Source of the DNA: Minisyncoccota bacterium
GTDB taxonomy: Bacteria; Patescibacteriota; Minisyncoccia; Phycocordibacterales; UBA1550
DNA: 64,000 nt
Assembly: GCA_041660105.1 (NCBI GenBank)
Contig: JBAZWZ010000002.1
Span: 57,964 to 121,963, forward strand
Reading direction: 5' to 3'
The notes under the pieces were generated by a model. That model was not told the DNA's origin, did not search any database, and saw only the letters and a program-made list of their open reading frames with translations. Both the position numbers and the translations under genes were made by a program. Below are positions 38,924 through 48,975 of the stretch, one piece after another; within the stretch, counting starts at the first letter, position 1; each line of letters opens with the position of its first letter.

Positions 38924-39139
38924 CTATAAACGCTTGATGATACGACCTTTTCCGCCGTATGGGTCAAGCTTTACCATCACTTTGTCCCCGATGAGGACCT
39001 TGATGCGGTGGAGCCTCATCTTGCCCGCTAAGTAACAAATGATGTTTTTCTCCCCAGGAAACTCTACGCGGAACATAGCGCTCGGAAGCGCCTCTGTTAC
39101 TACTCCTTGTGTAAGTTCTTCTTTTTCGTTTTCTGCCAT
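38924..39139 (-). CDS. infA: Translation initiation factor IF-1
   Basis: GVVTEALP, AGKMR..RIKVLIGDKV. Confidence 0.97.
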   Translation of the reverse strand: MAENEKEELTQGVVTEALPSAMFRVEFPGEKNIICYLAGKMRLHRIKVLIGDKVMVKLDPYGGKGRIIKRL

Positions 39140-39292
39140 TTGTGAATGTTTATAATAACAAAATTATGGTGTGCCGTCAATTTCTCCGGCAAGTGCGTAG
39201 ATAACCAGTTGCAATAGACATAAATTACAACACATTATTTACGAAACAATCGTGACTGTCCCCATTTCCCACATTTCCCATTTCCTCATTTC

Positions 39293-39721
39293 CTACGACT
39301 TCTTCCGTAGTGTAATGTATTTTGAAATAATGAGAATAAGAGAAACAACAAGAAATATAATAGAGAGAAACATAGAAGTTGGCTCAGCAATTTGCATGCC
39401 CATAAAACCACCAATACTATCCTTTTCCATAAAAATAATTAAGGAAATAATGACAAATTGAAGCGGTACCCATCGATAAGCAAATTTACGCCAAGACTGA
39501 AAAATTTCATCACGCGAAAATAATAAGATAAATACAACAAAAGTTAAAGGAACAGAGAACCAGATGATAGATTTATATATTGCTATGTATGTATGCTGAG
39601 GTAATCCTAGTAACGGCCACACGTCATAATAGTGTTGAAGAAAATACGCAATCAATATCCCCGCAATTCCAATAATTGCCATGTTTTTCTTTGTCACCCA
39701 CTTATTAATATTTTCTGTCAT
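39293..39721 (-). CDS. 4-TM membrane protein, paralog B
   Basis: EIFQSWRKFAYRWVPLQ is similar to the neighbour. Confidence 0.8.
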   Translation of the reverse strand: MTENINKWVTKKNMAIIGIAGILIAYFLQHYYDVWPLLGLPQHTYIAIYKSIIWFSVPLTFVVFILLFSRDEIFQSWRKFAYRWVPLQFVIISLIIFMEKDSIGGFMGMQIAEPTSMFLSIIFLVVSLILIISKYITLRKKS

Positions 39722-39726
39722 CTTAT

Positions 39727-40148
39727 TTATTGCATTTTATTTCGTAAGGTAGAATACTTTACAAAAATGAATACGAGGGACACGAAGAAGAATACACAAG
39801 AAAAAAATATGGACATTGACTCGACTGTGGGTGCATTAAAAAATCCACCGCCTACTGTGCCACGCTCTCTAATTGCCATAGAAACAACCACAAGAATTTG
39901 CAAAGGAACCCACAAAATAGCCAAACGAAGCCAAGATTTAAAAATCTCACCACGAAGAGGAGAGAGGACAATCATAATTACAACTAGCGCAACGGAAACA
40001 TGGAATAATGGTTCTGCTATAATTTTGTACACACTCCTCGAAAGTAGCGCATGTCTATATAGTGACTCTATACCAAACGCCAGTCCAACACCAATCAAAC
40101 TTCCAATAAAAAGGTTTTTTTTGTCGCCCAATTCAATACTTTTTCCAT
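39727..40148 (-). CDS. 4-TM membrane protein, paralog A, frameshifted at an A8 tract near the start
   Basis: ATG 40148 MEKVLNWATKK plus shifted frame NLFIG aligns with paralog MTENINKWVTKKNMAIIG; EIFKSWLRLAILWVPLQ. Confidence 0.7.
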
Positions 40149-40200
40149 AATTTTAGATAATTAATTTTTAATAACACACTTAACAAACTTCCCGCTGGCA

Positions 40201-43200
40201 TTACTCCTCAAATCTCACCCCCACAACATCCATCTGGGTAATACCATTCACGGTTGTAGTGATGGTAATATTTTCCTGAGTCGTCGCTAAGCTTTGGGGG
40301 AAGAAAAGCGAGAACTTCGTCTGCTTGCGGTCATTGTCATTGTCATGTTCTTCCTCCTGGACAACATTGAGCATAGTGAAATTACCCACAATGTTCGACG
40401 CGAATGGCACATCTTTCTTGATCCCTGTTACCTTCACTGTCATCTCAAGTGGTTGTCCTTTTTTGAGTTTCAGTGTGTCGTCTGATTTGAGCAGAAGTGT
40501 CGTACTGTGGTTGGTATCCTTATATTTGTACTGTAGCTGAGCTGTTTGCTGTTTGTCATAGATATTTACAATGCTCATCTCTGACGTTGTCTTGTTGGCA
40601 CTTGTATTGGTTATCCCAAGAGTGATTGGGGAACCCGCAAAATCCAACTCTTTTTCTAAGTCACGTCTTCGTTCTTCGTCTCCTTCGTGGTCTCTCTTCT
40701 TTTTAATAGAGTCTCGTTCCTTAGTGTTTCCTTTTGTAGTAGCGAGAGTAAGTGTGTAAGTCTTGAGCTCTTTGGTGCTCTGTGCAAACGATACCGTGAT
40801 TACTCCGTCTGTTGTAGTGACCGTTGCGGGGACAGTAGTTCCTATACTGTCTTTCACAGGTGAAGTTCCTATGCGGTAATACGTGTTTGATAGTATGAGG
40901 TTTACATCCCCCTTCCCTGCAACTGAGAACGGCAAATCAAATGATTCTTTTTCCCAAAGAGAATACTCGCTTGGAATGATGAGATTTACAAAGACAGTAG
41001 CGTCAAATGGCTTCACGTCGTCTTGATTTGGGACACCGTCACCATCGGGATCTGCGGCTGGAGAAGAGTAAATTGTTATGGCGATGCTTGAGGTTGCAAT
41101 ATTGCCTGCCATATCGTGTGCAGTTATTAATATGTTCGTAACTCCTGGCGCGAATATCTGCGTGAGAGGTACGTCTGTGGTAAATGTTGGGCTTGCATCA
41201 ATACTATCATTGACTGTCACGGGGACAGTAAGGAGTGTGCCTCCCGCAGTAAGTTGTTCCGCCGAGGTATCCGAAGCGAATATAGTTGGTGCGACGGTGT
41301 CGATATTGAAGGTGAGCGTTTTTATAGCCTCACTATTGCCACTGTTGTCTACTGAGTAGTATTGAAGCGTGGTACTGCCTTCTGTTGCGATAACAAGTGG
41401 AGTGCTTGTGCTGTATGTATTCCATGTAGTTCCGTTATCGAGAGAGTACTTTGTGTCTGCAACTCCTGATGACACCTCACCAAGAGGGGCGCCATCATCT
41501 GCGGTAAGAGCAACAGTAACTGCAGAAGTATAGTAGTCATTTGAGCCAAGAGTACCTGATGGCATCACAATAGTTACTGGTGCGGTGAGGTCGTTGCTTT
41601 CTTGTACGGACACATCGGTCCCCACGGTGTCGATAAGATATGTTTTTTCCTCTGTTGGAGCAATGGTTTGATTTTCCAAAATTGGAGACGTGAAGATTCC
41701 CACCGTTGGGTCAATGGTACGTGCGTAGAGTGAATATGAGTCGGTGGTCGTCGCCATGGTGCTTGCGAGCCCTGGGTTCTGCTTCAAGAACTCATCATTG
41801 TCATGCGCAGAGACATAGTACTTCACTTGAGTCCCTTCGGGGACGTAAACCCATTCTGGGATACCTTGGTTATCTCCCGAGACAATAGAGCCAGGGATTT
41901 GATTCTCGTACTCCCCTGTTACATAGTTCATGCCAATGTGTTTGCCGTCGGGGGTAATGGCGTGGAGATCGAGGTCAGGAAGGGTGTAGTCGAGAGGAGA
42001 AGATAACATAAATCCATTATTTCTATAACATGGTTCGAGGTTCTCGCAAGTTCTAAACATAGCACAACCAGCGTCGTAAGAGGTGACAACTGTAGACAAT
42101 GCAGAGAGGTAGTAAAGATAATTACCCCAAGTAATGACAGAGGCAGACCACAGAACCCAAATAGAAACTTTAACTATCTTTACTTTTCGCCATTGAATAT
42201 TAATTACACTCTTTTTTTTGTAGACAAATACTAATATTATGCTTAATACCAAAAACAAGAGCGGGGCAGGCATTTTTTTAACGGCGCAAATTCTTGTATC
42301 TAACCCTCCACCAGAAAGAAGTTCGTCTATTGGAATTGAATTCCTTGGGATAGTCCCCGGCCTGACTGGAGTCATAAACATATCACCCTTAATATACTGT
42401 AGGAAATCGTTCAAAGGGCTTAGGACTGATCCATTATAATTTTGATTAAATGATTCTTTTGGAATCTTGGTGATTGAAGTAGCAATCTCGTATTTTCCGT
42501 TAACTGTTTGGTCTCCTGAGGTAGAGAATTCTACAAACTTATCCAGGTCTTTGTAAGTTTCCCCAGACACAGAGAGCACACCGTCATCTACACTTATAGT
42601 GCTTGTAGAGTTTGTAGGACTGGAAGGAATTGTGATGGTTTGTTTTTTCCCCAAGAGAAAACCGCTCGCCCCAACACGATATAGCACCAATGATTTTTCT
42701 TCTGGAAGCGATGAATCCCATATTTTCAAATTTCTATTACGTGCCTCGAGAATATAATAATCATCGGTTGATGAATTAGTATTTTCTTCAAGGTTGTAGC
42801 GGAAAATAGTGTCACCCAACTCGCTCGTTTCCAGTGAATTAATCTGATATGTTCCGTATGCGGATTTTGGATGAATATCTTCGCTGAGCAAACCGAGAAA
42901 TTCTTGGGTAAAGGAGGTCATAAATGGAGGATCTGAGACATTGTTGTCGGCGACATTCCAGTCACCGTCCGCCATCAAATCCCACCTTCCTACATTGCCC
43001 ATTAGATAGAGATCGGGAGTTGGGGTGTTCTCTGGAGTTATTGTGGTTCCAACAGTGTGCCCCACCTCGTGCATCCACACACCAACTGGCTCGCGCTCTG
43101 AGATAATAATCTTTAGAGGTGGTTGCCAAAACAATATCGTACGCCCCCATGCACCAGTGGAAAGTTTACTTTTAGGAATTGTTGCATTCATTTGATCCGA

Positions 43201-44883
43201 CTCACCCGCATGAACAACTGCCGCAACATCAAACGCTCTTAAATCTATCGCGGATATAGTAATTGCATCCTCAACAAACTCATCCTCCTTATCATTCGCC
43301 CCATAATACGCCTCAGTCTTATCCGTCTTGTACCACAGCCCACCGTTATCAAATATCGTAAACGTAAAACTCAACGAACCGTGCGATACTTCTTTGTAGT
43401 AATCATTGATGCAGTAGGCGAGGTCGGTGTAGTATTCTTCGCCATAACCATTGGCGTAAGTCTTTTCAGGAATGAGCTTGCATGGCTGAGCGGTTGTTGA
43501 CGCTGTTGTGTGGGAAACATCTACTGGCTCCGCGAGAATGATAGCGACGTTAATGTTTTTTGCTGTGCTTGTCGGTGCGAGCCAACCATCTTGTTTTGTC
43601 CATGGCAGATTATCTTGTCCACCAGGGAAAACGTAGGCGGAATCACAGATGTTGTCATTATTTGCATCCCTACAGCCTTCACTTGCTGTATCAAAGTTGC
43701 TCCAGTAGTTGCCACCTATTGGAGGAGCAAGGTTGAATATATCGGTATTTGTGTAGCGAGTATCAATATAAACCTGCGTTGGGTTATTGAGAAAGTTATT
43801 ATTGTATATTTTGTTAATAATAGGCAGACTCCACGGGAAGTTGGATATCCCGCTTACAGCGTTTTTTGAAAAAGTGTTACCAGACAAGGTATTGCCGCTG
43901 GAAACAAAAAAATCGATTCCATTCTTATAGTTATTTAATGCGTTATTCCCGGAAAGGGTGTTGTTATTGGAACCAAAAAGGAAGATTCCGAAAGAATTAT
44001 TTTGAGCAGTGTTGCCAGTCAGAGTGTTGTTATTGGCACCACGGAGAAGGATTCCGCGGCTAGAATTAAATACAGTATTCCTGGTTAGGGTGTTGTTGGG
44101 GCCTACAAGTTCGATTCCATTCGTATTATTCGATATCGTATTGTTGACCAGAGTGTTATAGCTAGAATTGTAGACAAATATTCCATCCGTAAAGTTACTA
44201 ATATTCAAATTCCTGATTGTCACACGCCCTCTCCCGTTAAGATAGACACCGTTCCCCGTGTTATATCCTGTCAGCGTATGGTGGTTACCATCGAGAGTTA
44301 CATTATTACTGTCTATCTGGATGGTTTCGGTGAGGTCTGTGTTCATCGTGCAAACCCTTGTAGTATAATTCCAGCTACCAATCTGAGTACAGTCTCCGCC
44401 CGTTGCGTTGTCGCTAATGAATTTCGTTGAGTGGCGAGGTTGAATAAATACTATATGTGTCTTCGATAAATCTTGTGAGTATGAGTAGCCACCACTTGCA
44501 TCAGTAACAAACTGGTCTAAATTGTGATAGCTGTCTTCATACTTATAGTACGTTGTCGATGTGGCAAAACCAGAGAGGGTGACTTGAGTTGATGTCGCCG
44601 TAGATGAGGCCGATGACTCAACTGTTAATGTTACCATTTCTGGTACGGAGTCCATTTTTAATTTAATCTGCTCTGAACTGTCGAGGGTGACATTGAGATA
44701 TTGACTGTCTGTGATAGTGAAGTGTGTATCATCCCCCTCAGTTGTGCCTGGCATAACAAATGGCTGGGGTATATCAAATACAGGAGGTGGAACTGATTGC
44801 GCGTATGCAAAAGAATTAAATCCAAACAATAAAGCAAGCGCAAACACCGCGCGCACAATAAGACGGATGATAATCTTTTGCAT
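40201..44883 (-). CDS. Large exported protein: NosD-like beta-helix + M6 (immune inhibitor A-like) metalloprotease + internal TM pair + Ig-like domains
   Basis: Signal peptide; NNTL.GN repeats; HEVGH, PDLY, WDLMADG; YYSVDNSGN.E; DPDGDGVP..DD. Confidence 0.85.
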   Translation of the reverse strand: MQKIIIRLIVRAVFALALLFGFNSFAYAQSVPPPVFDIPQPFVMPGTTEGDDTHFTITDSQYLNVTLDSSEQIKLKMDSVPEMVTLTVESSASSTATSTQVTLSGFATSTTYYKYEDSYHNLDQFVTDASGGYSYSQDLSKTHIVFIQPRHSTKFISDNATGGDCTQIGSWNYTTRVCTMNTDLTETIQIDSNNVTLDGNHHTLTGYNTGNGVYLNGRGRVTIRNLNISNFTDGIFVYNSSYNTLVNNTISNNTNGIELVGPNNTLTRNTVFNSSRGILLRGANNNTLTGNTAQNNSFGIFLFGSNNNTLSGNNALNNYKNGIDFFVSSGNTLSGNTFSKNAVSGISNFPWSLPIINKIYNNNFLNNPTQVYIDTRYTNTDIFNLAPPIGGNYWSNFDTASEGCRDANNDNICDSAYVFPGGQDNLPWTKQDGWLAPTSTAKNINVAIILAEPVDVSHTTASTTAQPCKLIPEKTYANGYGEEYYTDLAYCINDYYKEVSHGSLSFTFTIFDNGGLWYKTDKTEAYYGANDKEDEFVEDAITISAIDLRAFDVAAVVHAGESDQMNATIPKSKLSTGAWGRTILFWQPPLKIIISEREPVGVWMHEVGHTVGTTITPENTPTPDLYLMGNVGRWDLMADGDWNVADNNVSDPPFMTSFTQEFLGLLSEDIHPKSAYGTYQINSLETSELGDTIFRYNLEENTNSSTDDYYILEARNRNLKIWDSSLPEEKSLVLYRVGASGFLLGKKQTITIPSSPTNSTSTISVDDGVLSVSGETYKDLDKFVEFSTSGDQTVNGKYEIATSITKIPKESFNQNYNGSVLSPLNDFLQYIKGDMFMTPVRPGTIPRNSIPIDELLSGGGLDTRICAVKKMPAPLLFLVLSIILVFVYKKKSVINIQWRKVKIVKVSIWVLWSASVITWGNYLYYLSALSTVVTSYDAGCAMFRTCENLEPCYRNNGFMLSSPLDYTLPDLDLHAITPDGKHIGMNYVTGEYENQIPGSIVSGDNQGIPEWVYVPEGTQVKYYVSAHDNDEFLKQNPGLASTMATTTDSYSLYARTIDPTVGIFTSPILENQTIAPTEEKTYLIDTVGTDVSVQESNDLTAPVTIVMPSGTLGSNDYYTSAVTVALTADDGAPLGEVSSGVADTKYSLDNGTTWNTYSTSTPLVIATEGSTTLQYYSVDNSGNSEAIKTLTFNIDTVAPTIFASDTSAEQLTAGGTLLTVPVTVNDSIDASPTFTTDVPLTQIFAPGVTNILITAHDMAGNIATSSIAITIYSSPAADPDGDGVPNQDDVKPFDATVFVNLIIPSEYSLWEKESFDLPFSVAGKGDVNLILSNTYYRIGTSPVKDSIGTTVPATVTTTDGVITVSFAQSTKELKTYTLTLATTKGNTKERDSIKKKRDHEGDEERRRDLEKELDFAGSPITLGITNTSANKTTSEMSIVNIYDKQQTAQLQYKYKDTNHSTTLLLKSDDTLKLKKGQPLEMTVKVTGIKKDVPFASNIVGNFTMLNVVQEEEHDNDNDRKQTKFSLFFPQSLATTQENITITTTVNGITQMDVVGVRFEE

Positions 44884-44922
44884 AAAATTGACGGTCAACT
44901 TTTACTATTAATAATGCTAAAA

Positions 44923-45035
44923 GTATACCCCCACACCTACTTTTTACCTAGTAGGTTATACACAGTTAATATTATTGATACTATCTATGAAATTGTGTCG
45001 ATGATCAATGTGGAAAAGTAGGTGTGGGGGTATAC
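44923..45035. mobile_element. MITE-like element with 22-bp terminal inverted repeats
   Basis: GTATACCCCCACACCTACTTTT ... AAAAGTAGGTGTGGGGGTATAC. Confidence 0.6.
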
Positions 45036-45048
45036 CACGGAGGCGCGC

Positions 45049-45118
45049 AAAAACGTCAGAGGGCGGGATTGCCGAAGGCAGTCCCGCACTTTGACGTTTT
45101 CTGTCAGATGTCAGTTGT
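45049..45118. repeat. Hairpin plus heptamer repeats
   Basis: AAAACGTCA...GCGGGATTGCC-GAA-GGCAGTCCCGC...TGACGTTTT, then TGTCAGA TGTCAGT. Confidence 0.7.
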
Positions 45119-45131
45119 GCGCACCGATACA

Positions 45132-46481
45132 CTACTTCGTCAAAATCTTCACCGTTATTTTTGTGGGGTCGGTGGGGAAAACTGTTTTCCAGACGGGGCG
45201 GATGGTGAGGTTGGCTTTGTGGATGTTGCTCTGGTCGGCAATCATAGCGCTAAAATCATTTTTGTTTTTGCCTACGAGTGATGCGATGATTTTCGCTGAA
45301 TCAATTTTGCCTACAAAAGATGCCGGTCCTGCGATGTGGAATTGTAATTTCGAAATATCTGAGAGCACTACGTTGTCGACGGGGTCAATAAATGTAAACG
45401 TAAGCGTCGACATATCGGGGATACCATATGGTGTCGCCGTCGTGTCATCGGTGAATGCGGTAGCGGTGAGAACTTTGATCAACGAATCCGTATCAAAGAA
45501 AAATACTGATGCGGTCGCACGTACCGTCACATTGGCAGCATTATCAGCCGAGTAATCCTGCGGAACTTCTTCAAACTTCACAATCACGCTTCCCGGGAAA
45601 AAAGTAACGTTCTCTGGAATTTGCGCGCGCGCCTTTTCTGTCGCCTCTTTCTTGAGGTCTTGCTTGAGCTCTTCCATAGCTTGCGCAATCGCTTCGTCAG
45701 AAGGAACTTTCACCGTACCTGCAAACCCGCCCGCGAGCACCGAGTCTGGCTTCGAGCGCGCATAAAACCTTGTGTATCTTGGGTCACCTTTGAATCCTGG
45801 AATTGTGAAATCAACGGGCTTATCAATATTGTACTTCTCGCCTGCTGCGTCTGCGTAGATTGTTGCCTCGATTGACCCTGGAACTGTCTTGCCACTTACT
45901 ACTTTATAGCCCGGGACAACTACTGATTTGTCTATATGAAATATTTTATGATCAGGTGTCTCGAGGCGTGTGTTTATGACGAGCTTCTGAGTAGCGGTGC
46001 TGTAATTGTTGTAAATGATAACCTTGCCCGTTGCTTTGTTTTGAATATTCTTTTCGACCGTTACGGGTGCTTCCTTGGTCTTCTCATCAGTGAGACTTAC
46101 AAATTGAAACACGAGAGAATCATCATGAGCAGCAAGTTCCTTTACTGCAGTGAAGTCAGCGTCGAGGGTTGCCTCCCTGGTCGTGGGAGAAATCTCGATA
46201 ATTGCCGTTGCAAAATAGTTTGCAACAACGAAACCACAAGCGAGAAGCGCCACAAACACGAGAGCCCAGAGGATACCACGTACCCCTGAGCCACTTGACT
46301 CCACTGGTTTCCTCACCTTAGCGCTACGAGACTTTTCAAAAAATGGATTGTTCTCAATGCGGTCACCTGCTCTCTCGGGGGAAATGCTGGGGCGCGACTC
46401 AGGTACAACAACAGGACGACGAACAACCTCGTTGTGAGGGACGAGCACGTCATTCATTTGTTTTTTCTTGATGTCATCCAT
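45132..46481 (-). CDS. Single-pass membrane protein of unknown function (possibly baseplate-J-like beta domain)
   Basis: TM near residue 70-90; KATGKVIIYN, ADAAGEKYNI, FTIPG. Confidence 0.7.
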   Translation of the reverse strand: MDDIKKKQMNDVLVPHNEVVRRPVVVPESRPSISPERAGDRIENNPFFEKSRSAKVRKPVESSGSGVRGILWALVFVALLACGFVVANYFATAIIEISPTTREATLDADFTAVKELAAHDDSLVFQFVSLTDEKTKEAPVTVEKNIQNKATGKVIIYNNYSTATQKLVINTRLETPDHKIFHIDKSVVVPGYKVVSGKTVPGSIEATIYADAAGEKYNIDKPVDFTIPGFKGDPRYTRFYARSKPDSVLAGGFAGTVKVPSDEAIAQAMEELKQDLKKEATEKARAQIPENVTFFPGSVIVKFEEVPQDYSADNAANVTVRATASVFFFDTDSLIKVLTATAFTDDTTATPYGIPDMSTLTFTFIDPVDNVVLSDISKLQFHIAGPASFVGKIDSAKIIASLVGKNKNDFSAMIADQSNIHKANLTIRPVWKTVFPTDPTKITVKILTK

Positions 46482-46483
46482 AA

Positions 46484-47671
46484 TTATTTTTCAAATTGCT
46501 CTGTCATCTTTTGCGCAAAGAGCACTTCTGTCACGATGAATGGGTCACGCGTAATCCCAGGATCAGACACAACAAATTTTGAAACGATGAGCTGATCTAA
46601 ATATTGTACATCAAATCCCCCATTTACTAAAAGTTCTGATTTTGCACTTCTAATAGTGCTAGAAAAAAGTGGCTCAATATCACTATCAATAGTAAAGTAT
46701 ATTTTGTTGGGGGTCGTCCCGCCTGCGGAAAGTGCCGCGACGGTCTTCTCGAAACGAATGAGCCATTCTTTCTTTGCCCATTCTATTATCTCGGAAATCG
46801 GAGCTCTCCGCGCATCATCGAGCTCGTTGCGGAGGAACATCGCAAATAGTGACGCCGCTTCTTCGTGGACAGTGCGCATACGCATCGATATCTCGCGGAT
46901 GATAAAGTTGCGCCCATAAGGGAACGAGAGTGTACCCGTGAGTATGTCATTCTCAATACGCGATATGTCGGTCGACTCGCCCGTAATATCGAGAAAGAGG
47001 AAATTCTTATCAACAGGAAACATATCACGCACCACACTGAATGCTGCCACAGGGAACGCACCAAAGTGGATCGGAGCAATGTGAAAATATTTGTGAATCT
47101 TCCTCTCGATCCCCTGAATGACTTTGTTTGATGAAATGCAAACCGTAGTCGACATCTCCATTCGCGTGGTGCGTTGTTTGTAGGGATTTTTTATCTCGTA
47201 CCCATTGAGCTTCATCTGAATTATTTTCTTTTCAATAACCCTGACGTCGCGTGGGGGAAGCGTCTGTTTAAGCTCCTCTTTGAGGAGGGTGACATCTTCG
47301 TCAATAAATTCTTCAAGTGTGTGCTCGTTGACTTCAAATTCTTGAAGACGAGAAATCTGCATATTGCGGGTTTTCAAAATGAACCACGGGGACGAGAGTG
47401 TGCAAAATACATTTGAAAGTTTCCCCCTTACAAGACCTTTTGATTGAATATTCTTTAGTGCTGTATCAAGACTTCTGTTCATCGCAAAAAGAAAACGAGA
47501 AGAAGAAAGCACTTCCTGAAATGAAATGTCTTCACGGACGCTCGCAAGCACTTGGGGGACAGAGCCTTTGCCCATCTTTACCAAAGCTGCACCAACGCTC
47601 GATGACCCCACATCGATGAGGAGCGTGAGCGCCTGCTCTTGTTTCTTGTTAGCTAAAAAAGGAATTGCCAT
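46484..47671 (-). CDS. Divergent actin-fold (FtsA/PilM-like) protein
   Basis: LIDVGSSSV and FLDITGESTD phosphate loops. Confidence 0.65.
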   Translation of the reverse strand: MAIPFLANKKQEQALTLLIDVGSSSVGAALVKMGKGSVPQVLASVREDISFQEVLSSSRFLFAMNRSLDTALKNIQSKGLVRGKLSNVFCTLSSPWFILKTRNMQISRLQEFEVNEHTLEEFIDEDVTLLKEELKQTLPPRDVRVIEKKIIQMKLNGYEIKNPYKQRTTRMEMSTTVCISSNKVIQGIERKIHKYFHIAPIHFGAFPVAAFSVVRDMFPVDKNFLFLDITGESTDISRIENDILTGTLSFPYGRNFIIREISMRMRTVHEEAASLFAMFLRNELDDARRAPISEIIEWAKKEWLIRFEKTVAALSAGGTTPNKIYFTIDSDIEPLFSSTIRSAKSELLVNGGFDVQYLDQLIVSKFVVSDPGITRDPFIVTEVLFAQKMTEQFEK

Positions 47672-47704
47672 TTGTTACATTGTACCACGTCGCGATACTT
47701 TGTT

Positions 47705-48430
47705 TCAATTGGATTTTATTAACAAATGTGCCAAATACTCTTTGTTGCCTGCCCCACCTAGAACTGGCGACGGAATCACCGCCTTGCATACAAGCCCAAG
47801 CTCCTCACTTTTCTTTACTACAGTCTCGACTGCATCACTGCGAAGCTTTTCATCGGTCACTACGCCATTCTTGCCAAGCTTACCTTTCCCAACTTCAAAC
47901 TGCGGTTTAATGAGTATCACAGCGCTTCCCTTTTCTTTTAACATAGACTTCACACGAGGAAGAATCTTAGTAACAGAAATAAACGAAACATCAACAACGG
48001 CGAGGTCCACGGGCAGAGGTAGCTCAACAGTGCGAACATCAGTCTCTTCCATCGATATCACGCGCGGGTCATTGCGAAGCTCTGGCACGAGCTGATCACG
48101 ACCAACATCAATCGCAAAAACTTTTTCAGCGCCACGCTGAAGCACACAGTCGGTAAATCCTCCCGTCGATGCACCAATATCGGCGACCGCAAGACCCTTC
48201 ACATCAATATCAAAAACCTCAAGTGCCTTCTCGAGCTTGAGACCACCGCGACCAACAAACGGAAGTTGCTCAGTGACTTCAATAGTCGTCACATCATCGA
48301 CAGGCAAGCTAGGCTTCTCTACAATAACACCACCAACAACGACTTTTTTTGTATGCACAAGCTCCGCCGCTTGAGTGCGACTGCGTGCGAGACCTTTTTC
48401 TACGAGGGCTATGTCGATGCGCTTTTTCAT
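47705..48430 (-). CDS. tlyA: TlyA family rRNA methyltransferase
   Basis: S4 domain, RGGLKL, DIGASTGGFTD, DVSFIS, IKPQFE. Confidence 0.95.
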   Translation of the reverse strand: MKKRIDIALVEKGLARSRTQAAELVHTKKVVVGGVIVEKPSLPVDDVTTIEVTEQLPFVGRGGLKLEKALEVFDIDVKGLAVADIGASTGGFTDCVLQRGAEKVFAIDVGRDQLVPELRNDPRVISMEETDVRTVELPLPVDLAVVDVSFISVTKILPRVKSMLKEKGSAVILIKPQFEVGKGKLGKNGVVTDEKLRSDAVETVVKKSEELGLVCKAVIPSPVLGGAGNKEYLAHLLIKSN

Positions 48431-48469
48431 GTTTACCTTTTTATCATATTTACTGCGTGTTGTCATTGA

Positions 48470-48540
48470 ACTCGAAAATTAAAACAAAGGACCGCCCTTT
48501 TTGAATTCTCAAGGGCGGTCCTTTGTTTTAATTTTCGAGT
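48470..48540. terminator. rpsP terminator within a perfect inverted repeat with 30-bp arms
   Basis: ACTCGAAAATTAAAACAAAGGACCGCCCTT-11 nt-exact reverse complement. Confidence 0.8.
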
Positions 48541-48545
48541 GTCGC

Positions 48546-48968
48546 TTACGCTACAACTTCTGGTGTTGCCTCTGTTGCTACTTCAGCTACGGGAGCCTCT
48601 GCTACTACTTCTGCGGGGGCTTCTGCGGGAGTCTCGGCTGCTGCTGCGGCTGGTGCGGCTGCCTTTGGAGCCTCTGCGGGAACTTCCTTAACGATAGGAG
48701 TCTTCTTGCCGAGAACGTTCACCTTCTTTCCTGAAACCGCTTTGAGGTCTACGAGGAGGTTGTGAACTGTTCCTGACGCCTTTGCGCCTACTGACATCCA
48801 GTGCTTTGCGCGCTCTACGTTGATAACGGGCTTTCCCATACGCGCGTTATATGAACCGAGAACTTCAAGGAAGTTTCCAGTCTTTGGCTTTAACTTTGAA
48901 TCTGTAACGATGACGCGGAATGATGGGTCATTCTTGCGGCCAACGCGTTGTAGTCGAATTGATAACAT
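48546..48968 (-). CDS. rpsP: 30S ribosomal protein S16 with Ala/Glu/Pro-rich tail
   Basis: MLSIRLQRVGRKNDPSFRVIV, EVLGSY. Confidence 0.96.
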   Translation of the reverse strand: MLSIRLQRVGRKNDPSFRVIVTDSKLKPKTGNFLEVLGSYNARMGKPVINVERAKHWMSVGAKASGTVHNLLVDLKAVSGKKVNVLGKKTPIVKEVPAEAPKAAAPAAAAAETPAEAPAEVVAEAPVAEVATEATPEVVA

Positions 48969-48975
48969 AGGCAAC

